IMG/VR virus record: IMGVR_UViG_3300025669_000013 | Length of the DNA: 36,601 nt | Source of the DNA: a virus | Reading direction: 5' to 3' (one strand) | Shown here: piece by piece, positions 1-6,208 of the stretch | Position numbering within the stretch: the stretch's first letter is position 1 | Layout: each line of letters opens with the position of its first letter | Notes under the pieces: model-generated | What the model was told of the DNA's origin: nothing | Databases searched by the model: none | Seen by the model: only the letters and a program-made list of their open reading frames with translations | Position numbers and translations under genes: made by a program

Positions 1-127
1 ATCTCTTGCCCGTAGCTGTCTTTGTTGAAATTTATCATATTAGTACCCTTTCTTTGTTTTTTTCTTGATCATAACCGGTTTTTTTACGCCTTTCTTGATA
101 GTCACTTTGCTTCCGTCTGGTTTTTTG
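1..127. repeat. Terminal direct repeat, identical to 36475-36601. The contig closes on itself, giving a unit genome of 36474 bp.
   Basis: Both ends were read base by base: atctcttgcccgtagctg...ccgtctggttttttg occurs at both. The flanking bases differ (g at 36474, a at 128). Confidence 0.95.
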
Positions 128-228
128 ATCTTGATTGTTTTAGACTTGGCTTTTGATTTTATAACTAAAGTCTTATCCTTGCTTGCTTTTTTCTTTGGCA
201 TTTTTAGAACCTTTGAATTCAATTTCAA
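40..228 (-). CDS. Small, extremely lysine-rich basic protein (62 aa; alternative start MPKKK at 201). Function unknown.
   Basis: It is the only ORF covering 40-172 in a tightly packed genome. About 40 percent of residues are Lys and there is no Cys. AAAGG lies upstream of the ATG at 201. Confidence 0.45.
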   Translation of the reverse strand: MKLNSKVLKMPKKKASKDKTLVIKSKAKSKTIKIKKPDGSKVTIKKGVKKPVMIKKKTKKGY

Positions 229-532
229 CCAGTTTTAAGCGGTTTAATTCGTCTATAACACTATCGAGTTTTTTATTGATGTTGGATATATCTTTTTGGT
301 AGGTTTTTGAAAGGTGATAAAAATCTTTTTCAATTTTGGCGTTGAATACGCCCTGCGTTGCTATTACATTGTCATAGTGTTCCCGCCTTACTTCATATGA
401 GTCTGTATGCTTCTTTGAAGCGTCAACCGCACTCATATAGCTCTGACACTCCATTGCAATTCCAACTATGAATATTAATATTATAATACCAACACCATTT
501 GGAATCCATTTCCCTTTGATAGCATCAATCAT
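173..532 (-). CDS. Membrane protein with one N-terminal TM helix and a coiled-coil tail; putative holin or i-spanin-like lysis protein (119 aa from the ATG at 532).
   Basis: TM segment GVGIIILIFIVGIAM is followed by a charged helical region. The gene lies immediately downstream of the endolysin and overlaps it by 8 nt. Position 556 in the ORF track is a TTG, so the ATG at 532 is preferred. Confidence 0.5.
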   Translation of the reverse strand: MIDAIKGKWIPNGVGIIILIFIVGIAMECQSYMSAVDASKKHTDSYEVRREHYDNVIATQGVFNAKIEKDFYHLSKTYQKDISNINKKLDSVIDELNRLKLVEIEFKGSKNAKEKSKQG

Positions 533-941
533 TGATTTTCTCAACAATATTAACAAGCCTCTGCGCTCTTTTCCCCACCTGTCTGAACCATCGAGAATCT
601 TTCATCTCATCTGCAGCAGTTTGCCAGTCTCTTTTATTAAATGCGGCAAGGGCTTTTTTGAAACCCTTTAACCGATTGATACCGAGATTGTAACACATGT
701 TTATCAACACTTCCTGGACCGGGTCCGGCATGTTTTCAAACCAATCGAAAGTGTCATATAGGTCTATTACACAGATATCGACAAGCCTCTCAAGTACATA
801 TTCCGCACAATCTTCACTGATTCCGATATCTTCAATGTTCCAGCCGTACCCGATTGTTTGTTTACCCGCTGAACATTTATAAAGATGAGTTCTAAATCCT
901 TCGTCTTCTTTCAGTTGATCAATTGCATTCTGCTTTATCAT
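525..941 (-). CDS. Endolysin, T4-lysozyme-like muramidase (glycoside hydrolase family 24).
   Basis: The N-terminal motif LKEDEGFRTHLYKCSAGKQTIGYGWN matches the GH24 pattern E-G-x(6-8)-Y-x-D-x-x-G-x-x-TIGxG. Length is 138 aa and an ATG at 941 was confirmed. Confidence 0.85.
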   Translation of the reverse strand: MIKQNAIDQLKEDEGFRTHLYKCSAGKQTIGYGWNIEDIGISEDCAEYVLERLVDICVIDLYDTFDWFENMPDPVQEVLINMCYNLGINRLKGFKKALAAFNKRDWQTAADEMKDSRWFRQVGKRAQRLVNIVEKIND

Positions 942-978
942 CGCATAACCTTTGATAGAGTTTACCGCTTATGATTGG

Positions 979-1007
979 ATTTTATAGTGGTTTTACTTAT
1001 TTGTCAA
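979..1007 (-). promoter_or_regulatory. Sigma70-like promoter upstream of the endolysin gene.
   Basis: On the minus strand, TTGACA (1007-1002) is followed by a 17-nt spacer and TAAAAT (984-979). It lies in the 76-nt gap between 1018 and 941. Confidence 0.5.
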
Positions 1008-1017
1008 ATTTTGTATT

Positions 1018-1446
1018 TTATTCATTGTTTGAAAACTCAAACCCTTTTACAACAGGCCTCCATCTTATTCGCTTAAGAACGCTTTTCATAACTTTAATAT
1101 CAAAATCATTGATATTTTCGGCTTTTGGTCTTTCGATTGTAATTGGAATAGTACCTTTTTTAAATGGTGAATAAACTTCAAAATTCATTTCATCACTTAC
1201 AGACTCCGGCCCGTTTAATGCTTCAGACATGCAATCTACTAATCCATATGGAATATCTGTTTCATTTTTTTCTGGCTTTTCGATTAATTTTCCGGCCTTG
1301 TATTTTTTAATCCAGGTGTAAAGAGAGACATCAGAAACACCCATATCTTTTGATGACCTAAAAATTGAAATCCCTTTAATTTGTGCATGAAGCGCTTTCC
1401 CGCACATCTCTTTTTTCTCTGCAATCGTGTATTTTTTATAAGTCAT
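1018..1446 (-). CDS. Helix-turn-helix DNA-binding protein with an IS3-OrfA/terminase-small-like HTH (142 aa from the ATG at 1446).
   Basis: MTYKKYTIAEKKEMCGKALHAQIKGISIFRSSKDMGVSDVSLYTWIKKYK fits the Y-T-x-E-x-K...G-x-S...GVS-x-x-TLY-x-W-x-K HTH pattern. The longer ORF to 1647 overlaps the upstream gene. Confidence 0.5.
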   Translation of the reverse strand: MTYKKYTIAEKKEMCGKALHAQIKGISIFRSSKDMGVSDVSLYTWIKKYKAGKLIEKPEKNETDIPYGLVDCMSEALNGPESVSDEMNFEVYSPFKKGTIPITIERPKAENINDFDIKVMKSVLKRIRWRPVVKGFEFSNNE

Positions 1447-1867
1447 TTTCTGTTTTCCATTCAGTTCTTTTAAGTTTCGGCGGTGCATATTCAATTTGAT
1501 AATCTCTGAGAAGTTGTGCCATATCTTCACACGGCGAGATACATTCAAAGCCAACACTATTAAGGTTGAGATATATTTCACCGCATTTTTCACATTGATA
1601 AACAGGTGATATTTTGATTGTTGCCTCTTCCATGCAATCCCAATCAACCCCGGCTATCCTTGACTCGATTTCGTTGTATGGGTATCTTGCCCGCGGAAAT
1701 TCGACACAAATATCACCAAAACTTATCATCTCATTGCAACTCACACAACGTTTTGATATCCATTTTTTAAATATTTGGAAGTCTGTTTCTTTTCCAGTCC
1801 AGAAATCAAATTGCCATTGCCCTGGTTCTGGATCATATTCATAATCACAACTACATCCTAAAGGCAT
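1436..1867 (-). CDS. Cysteine-rich hypothetical protein, possibly zinc-binding.
   Basis: 143-aa ORF with CxxC pairs (CVSCNE, CEKCGE) and a strong SD (AAAGGGGGAATCATG). Confidence 0.6.
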   Translation of the reverse strand: MPLGCSCDYEYDPEPGQWQFDFWTGKETDFQIFKKWISKRCVSCNEMISFGDICVEFPRARYPYNEIESRIAGVDWDCMEEATIKISPVYQCEKCGEIYLNLNSVGFECISPCEDMAQLLRDYQIEYAPPKLKRTEWKTENDL

Positions 1868-2031
1868 GATTCCCCCTTTTTCGGTTGATATGGGTACCTC
1901 TCAATCGCTTCAGTTAAAGTCATAGGAAGTAAAAATTCTTTCCCGGAAAAGACATGCTTGACCCGGGGTTTCTGTTTTCTTTTTGCGCCGGGTAGGAAAC
2001 CGACTATTGCTATTGTTTGATTTTGTTTCAT
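1858..2031 (-). CDS. Hypothetical protein (57 aa from the ATG at 2031).
   Basis: The ATG at 2031 lies 4 nt after the upstream stop at 2036. There are no recognisable motifs. Confidence 0.4.
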   Translation of the reverse strand: MKQNQTIAIVGFLPGAKRKQKPRVKHVFSGKEFLLPMTLTEAIERYPYQPKKGESCL

Positions 2032-2035
2032 AATA

Positions 2036-2428
2036 TCACCATTTAAAAGTTCCAATTTTAAAAATAAATTCATCCAGATTATCAATAAGCCAGTATTGCC
2101 CGCCTGCCTCGATTACTTCTTGTTCACGGTCTTTTTGGTCCTGACTTTGTTTACCGCCCGGCTTTTTGAATTCCACTTCAATATAAAATCCATGAAAGCA
2201 GAGTACAGTGTCAGCTTTGCCCTTTCTTTCACTTACTTTCGCCTTTATCCACGTTTTACCTTTCTTTCTGCCGGTCGTGCTGGTTTTTGTGATCAGGCAA
2301 CTAGGGACGTTTTCAGCGTATTCAATGCAGTCCTTTTCTATGTCATTTTCTGTCGGCTCTTCAACATAGCAGAGTTTACAGATTTGATTCGGCCCGCAGC
2401 TGCATGTTGTTTTTATGTGATTTTTCAT
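2036..2428 (-). CDS. VRR-NUC / PD-(D/E)xK family nuclease.
   Basis: [45 protein letters not shown] fits the VRR-NUC core D...E-x-K...G-x-x-S-x-x-Q...G. The N-terminal region is Cys-rich. Confidence 0.6.
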   Translation of the reverse strand: MKNHIKTTCSCGPNQICKLCYVEEPTENDIEKDCIEYAENVPSCLITKTSTTGRKKGKTWIKAKVSERKGKADTVLCFHGFYIEVEFKKPGGKQSQDQKDREQEVIEAGGQYWLIDNLDEFIFKIGTFKW

Positions 2429-3039
2429 TTTAATGATCTTGAATTAGTCAAATGCTTAGAAATTGAAATAATAATATTCTTTTCACGTTTCCAAAATTCC
2501 AGCGATCTGTAATCGTCCATTCCAAATATCCTATCGTTATCAAAAGATTCCCATTCTTTGCAATAATGGGCTTCACATCCTATTTTTATAATTGAGCCAA
2601 AAAATAAACAGTAATAATCTGAGCCTTGATAATATGAGAACTTTTTTGATTTTATTTTTAATCCTTCTTTCAAATCAGCTCCGTACAAATCAGCTCCGTA
2701 CAAATTAGCTCCGTACAAATCAGCTCCGCTCAAATTAGCTCCGCACAAATTAGCTCCGCTCAAATTAGCTCCGCACAAATTAGCTCCGCACAAATTAGCT
2801 CCGCTCAAATCAGCTCTGTACAAATTAGCTCCGCTCAAATTAGCTCTGTACAAATCAGCTCCGCACAAATTAGCTCTGTACAAATCAGCTCCGCTCAAAT
2901 TAGCTCTGCTCAAATTAGCTCTGTACAAATTAGCTCCGTACAAATTAGCTCTGCTCAAATCAGCTCTGTAACCTCGCTCTTTTCCTAAAACCCACATTTT
3001 ATGGAGTTTTAAAATTTCTTTTAATTTATCTTTATCCAT
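2425..3039 (-). CDS. Pentapeptide-repeat protein: 20 consecutive [YSC][GR]A[ND]L repeats plus an unrelated C-terminal domain of about 80 aa.
   Basis: The translation reads [15 protein letters not shown] ... YGADL, the canonical A(D/N)LXX pentapeptide-repeat pattern. Confidence 0.9.
   Translation of the reverse strand: MDKDKLKEILKLHKMWVLGKERGYRADLSRANLYGANLYRANLSRANLSGADLYRANLCGADLYRANLSGANLYRADLSGANLCGANLCGANLSGANLCGANLSGADLYGANLYGADLYGADLKEGLKIKSKKFSYYQGSDYYCLFFGSIIKIGCEAHYCKEWESFDNDRIFGMDDYRSLEFWKREKNIIISISKHLTNSRSLK
2671..2970. repeat. Tandem array of 20 x 15 nt (caaatYagctcYg + ta/ct/ca), the coding repeat of the pentapeptide protein.
   Basis: Counted unit by unit. All 20 units are in phase and 11 of the 15 positions are invariant. 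Confidence 0.95.
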
Positions 3040-3043
3040 TTTT

Positions 3044-3112
3044 CATAATCTCCTTCCAATTTTATCCCACGGCCCCCGATTTACAGAGGACCGTGTGGAG
3101 AATTTTGGTTAA
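3044..3112 (-). promoter_or_regulatory. Copy A of a 69-nt intergenic direct repeat containing a GC-rich hairpin and the SD AAGGAGATT.
   Basis: 62 of 69 positions are identical to 3955-4023, with no indels. It spans from the stop of the upstream gene to the SD of the downstream gene. Confidence 0.8.
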
Positions 3113-3957
3113 AATCCGCAAAAACCTGAATTACATGGAAGTGTTTCTCCCCCAGCCCATAATTCAAGTTGTAGATTATCCCTGTTTTCTTTTGCTTCTT
3201 TAATTTTCCTCATTGCTTCAGGCAATTTGTACTTCCCCTTATCAGCCAGTCCCCATTTGACAACCTCTTCTATCCCTATTGCTCCCATGTGGCGGTATGG
3301 TCTAAACATTACTCTCGGTTTATTGTTTCTTGTAAATCCCATTGATTTCTCAATCTCTGAAATATATTTGATTCTTTCCGGATATTCAGCCAGGCGAATA
3401 AAATCAGACCGGTTAGAACATACACAAGGGAAACATTCCATTGAGCTGTGTGGTAATATTTCCAATTCTGTTTGATTTATTAGCTCGTTCCTTTGTTCAG
3501 CAGTATAATCAACCAAAGGACAGTACAGATCCCTTCCCCCATGCCTTTCAGACTGCTCAATAAATGCAGGAGCATGTTTCCGGTTTTGACTCTCTTCCCT
3601 TCTTATTCCAGTATAGCAGTCCGCTTCTAATTCCGGATCTATTTCCAACATAAATTCTCTTGCTGGTCTGACTTTCAGCTCTTCAGTGCAAAATTGCATT
3701 TTACTTGCTGGCATTGGCCACCCTTTTTTTCTTCTTACGAGATTTTCCATGCCTTCAGAATCAATTATGCGGAATTCAAGTCCTTTTACTTGTGCATAAA
3801 TCTTAACAAGATTCACTCTTTTATGCCAATCAGGATGGCTCCATCCCGTATTTGAATATAGTATAATATTTTTATCGGCAGGTTTATTGTTAATAACCCA
3901 TTGCATAAGTGCCACTGAATCATTGCCACAACTTGAAAAAATAATATTCGTGTTCAT
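3109..3957 (-). CDS. PAPS reductase / DndC-like PP-loop ATP-pyrophosphatase family protein.
   Basis: The N-terminal FSSCGNDSVAL is a variant of the SGGxDS PP-loop. GIRREESQNR and the Cys-containing MECFPCVC segment are typical of the PAPS-reductase family. The C-terminus is CNSGFCGF. Confidence 0.8.
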   Translation of the reverse strand: MNTNIIFSSCGNDSVALMQWVINNKPADKNIILYSNTGWSHPDWHKRVNLVKIYAQVKGLEFRIIDSEGMENLVRRKKGWPMPASKMQFCTEELKVRPAREFMLEIDPELEADCYTGIRREESQNRKHAPAFIEQSERHGGRDLYCPLVDYTAEQRNELINQTELEILPHSSMECFPCVCSNRSDFIRLAEYPERIKYISEIEKSMGFTRNNKPRVMFRPYRHMGAIGIEEVVKWGLADKGKYKLPEAMRKIKEAKENRDNLQLELWAGGETLPCNSGFCGF

Positions 3958-4023
3958 AATCTCCTTTCAACTTTATCCCACGGCCCCCGATTTATAGAGG
4001 ACCGCAGGGAGAATTTCGGTTAA
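3955..4023 (-). promoter_or_regulatory. Copy B of the 69-nt intergenic direct repeat.
   Basis: See copy A. It occupies the whole gap between the Rha-like gene stop (4020) and the PAPS-reductase start (3957). Confidence 0.8.
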
Positions 4024-4730
4024 TTCAATTTTTTGATCAAGACTGATTCAGCATATTTCAAGACGGCTTGTTTTGCCAGAATGAAAATTTCTTTATAGTG
4101 CAGTTTATCTTCCATGCCTTGTTTTATGGTCTCATTCGCTACGTGCTCAGCCATTATCAGCATAAAAAGTTCCATTCTATCCAGTGTGTCCCTGAAGTCT
4201 GAGGGTACTTTTTCCTTATACTCGATCATCTTTAGCGCTGCATATTCCATTTTTGTGAGATTCCCATAATACCGGAATGAAGACTTTGAACCTTGATCCT
4301 CAGCATATTTGACAAATTCAGAAACGCACCCTGTAAATTCAAGTCTTGCAATTTTTCCATCTTTCCTAACTTGTTTCCAGTCTGAATCTAGGCTATTTAA
4401 TAGCGTGGCTTCCATACTATTAAAAGCCTTGATGAAATCCATTTTCCATTGTAGCGCTTTTTTACCAGTAAAACCCATTGCGAGAATAGAAAATGAATTT
4501 CTGTTCATTTCATAACTTCTAAATTCCCTACCTCTGACTTTTCTTTTTGTTTCCCTGAAGATATAAACATCATTTTTCACTCCTACATTTTCACGAGTGA
4601 GATTGCCTATTTCTTCTTTCAATTTGTCGATTGATCTCAAAACTCTGTCATGAGGTTTTTTAAACTTACCAGCAATCAAAAAGCTATCTGTCAAAACATC
4701 GCCTTTTTTAATTTTAACTAAATCCAACAT
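4020..4730 (-). CDS. Rha-family phage regulatory protein / antirepressor.
   Basis: TDSFLIAGKFKKPHDRVLRSIDKL and MGFTGKKALQWKMDFIKAFNSME match the conserved Rha domain pattern (T-D-S...F-x-K-x-H-x-x-VLR-x-I; GFTG-x-x-A...F-I-x-x-FN). Confidence 0.8.
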   Translation of the reverse strand: MLDLVKIKKGDVLTDSFLIAGKFKKPHDRVLRSIDKLKEEIGNLTRENVGVKNDVYIFRETKRKVRGREFRSYEMNRNSFSILAMGFTGKKALQWKMDFIKAFNSMEATLLNSLDSDWKQVRKDGKIARLEFTGCVSEFVKYAEDQGSKSSFRYYGNLTKMEYAALKMIEYKEKVPSDFRDTLDRMELFMLIMAEHVANETIKQGMEDKLHYKEIFILAKQAVLKYAESVLIKKLN

Positions 4731-4772
4731 TTTATACCTCTTTATGAGTTTTGTGATTGTGTCTTTAATTTG

Positions 4773-4801
4773 ATTCTACTGTTTGTATTTTGACCTGTCA
4801 A
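4773..4801 (-). promoter_or_regulatory. Sigma70-like promoter upstream of the Rha-like gene.
   Basis: On the minus strand, TTGACA (4801-4796) is followed by a 17-nt spacer and TAGAAT (4778-4773). It lies in the 84-nt gap. Confidence 0.55.
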
Positions 4802-4814
4802 GTATTATTTTGAA

Positions 4815-5009
4815 CTATTTCAAATACCCCTTAGTAACCTTCCTATGATTATCAAATAAATGCCGGACTGGAAAAACGGTTTCATTGTATTCAGCCTTTA
4901 CCAGCTCCCTAAATAAAATCGATCCGATGTGACCCTTAGCTTCATAATAGAATTTCTGAGTTGCCAGATCAAAGTATTCGTTTATTTCTGGTTGGTTTTG
5001 TGTGTTCAT
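4815..5009 (-). CDS. Hypothetical protein (64 aa).
   Basis: The ATG at 5009 is preceded by GGGTGGATAA. It overlaps the upstream ORF by 41 nt. Confidence 0.5.
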   Translation of the reverse strand: MNTQNQPEINEYFDLATQKFYYEAKGHIGSILFRELVKAEYNETVFPVRHLFDNHRKVTKGYLK

Positions 5010-5235
5010 TTATCCACCCATGCTCAAGATCAAAGAATTTTCCTTGTCTGATTCCCTCGACTGCTTCTTTTAATTGCTTTCTCATGCAGGTTTCTGGATC
5101 ACCACGCCAGAAACCAGGATAGCCGGTATACGACCACAAAATGTTTCTTGTATAACATATATTTTCATTCGGAAAGTATTGGTTTACTATATCCCAGACT
5201 GTTTTCAATTCTACCAATGATTTATTATCCATCAT
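4969..5235 (-). CDS. Hypothetical protein (88 aa).
   Basis: The ORF has an SD (GGGGAAAAGATGATG). There are no recognisable motifs. Confidence 0.55.
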   Translation of the reverse strand: MMDNKSLVELKTVWDIVNQYFPNENICYTRNILWSYTGYPGFWRGDPETCMRKQLKEAVEGIRQGKFFDLEHGWINEHTKPTRNKRIL

Positions 5236-5294
5236 CTTTTCCCCGCAAATTTATTAGGTTTCCAATTACGTTCTTTGACCGGTGGCTGTTGAAA

Positions 5295-5501
5295 TTATGC
5301 TAGTGACGTTATATATTCAAATGCGTGTTTAAAGTCCCTCTCATCTCCTTCCATCTCGCAGCCAAAACATTTAAACCTTTGATTCTTTTCCGACACTGTG
5401 AAAGAGGGTGTTTTCTCTTCATGAAATGGACACAGCCCAATATAATTCTTTCCAGATTTTTCCAATTTTACATTCTTGCTAATTGTTTCAATGATTCCCA
5501 T
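5295..5501 (-). CDS. Stand-alone DnaG/T7-gp4-type primase zinc finger (CHC2), 68 aa, with no TOPRIM or RNA-polymerase domain.
   Basis: CPFHEEKTPSFTVSEKNQRFKCFGCEMEGD matches C-P-F-H-x-E-K-T-P-S-F-x-V...F-x-C-F-G-C-x-x-x-G-D. The SD is GGGGAAAACATG. Confidence 0.75.
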   Translation of the reverse strand: MGIIETISKNVKLEKSGKNYIGLCPFHEEKTPSFTVSEKNQRFKCFGCEMEGDERDFKHAFEYITSLA

Positions 5502-5509
5502 GTTTTCCC

Positions 5510-6208
5510 CTAATAATAAGGATTATTAATTCCACGAATGTCAATCCCGAACTGGATCAACATGTGTTTACTTAAACTTCTATAGTAAATATCGTCAGCC
5601 ATTCCCTTGATGAAATATACTTGTTTTAGCGAACACATAACCCCGTCTCCAGTGTTCATTATCCAATTTTCAAACTCCCTTTCATAATCTTCACTCCCTC
5701 TGCATATTCCATCTTCTGATAATTCACAAGGCAGTTTATATTTTTTGTAAAATTCACTTCCTTTTATCCTGTATACTTTCCACCCTTCTGAATTTAGTTT
5801 CTCGTCCCTTTTTCTATCTTTTTCCTCATCATGCCAGTCTTTCCCGTCGCACTCTACCGCAATTTTTAGGTGTGGATTTGCAAAATCAAGAATAAAACCC
5901 ATTGTCGGAAATTGTGGCAAAAGATTAACACCGTAGTATCTTATCAAATTCCAGCAACCGCCCTCGATTGGAGTAAACAACCTAGGCCAGTCCACAAAAT
6001 ATGGATCATACCCACAACCGGACGAATAAGCCTCAATTATATCTGGAAGATGCAAATCGTATATTTTTCTCAATTTTGTATAAATTCCCTTACCTGGCTC
6101 TAAAACATGAAAGTCCATCTTTCCGGATTTCATGTATTCAACCACTCCTTTAACACCGCCCATTTCCTCTATTATTTCACCTATATTTTTTGCTGTCATT
6201 TTAATCAT
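5510..6208 (-). CDS. DUF559 / Vsr-like PD-(D/E)xK endonuclease-domain protein (start at 6208 or 6199).
   Basis: ILDFANPHLKIAVECDGKDWHDEEKDRKRDEKLNSEGWKVYRI fits the DUF559 core D-F...[IV]-E-x-D-G-x-x-H...D-x-x-R-D-x-x-L-x-x-x-G-W-x-V-x-R. Confidence 0.65.
   Translation of the reverse strand: MIKMTAKNIGEIIEEMGGVKGVVEYMKSGKMDFHVLEPGKGIYTKLRKIYDLHLPDIIEAYSSGCGYDPYFVDWPRLFTPIEGGCWNLIRYYGVNLLPQFPTMGFILDFANPHLKIAVECDGKDWHDEEKDRKRDEKLNSEGWKVYRIKGSEFYKKYKLPCELSEDGICRGSEDYEREFENWIMNTGDGVMCSLKQVYFIKGMADDIYYRSLSKHMLIQFGIDIRGINNPYY

Noticed and set aside
173-228. The overlap between the membrane-protein gene and the Lys-rich ORF, considered as an embedded i-spanin/o-spanin pair.
   Set aside because: The downstream ORF has no signal peptide, lipobox or Cys, so it cannot be a lipoprotein o-spanin.
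1447-1647. The long version of the 1018..1647 ORF (209 aa).
   Set aside because: The N-terminal 67 codons overlap the 1436..1867 gene in another frame and encode a low-complexity sequence. The HTH domain starts at the ATG at 1446, 8 nt before the upstream stop.
2671-2970. A regular short-period repeat array that could be mistaken for a CRISPR array or a DGR variable region.
   Set aside because: The period is 15 nt with no spacers, and the array lies entirely inside an intact ORF encoding canonical pentapeptide repeats. No cas genes, reverse transcriptase or template-repeat copy exist elsewhere in the window.
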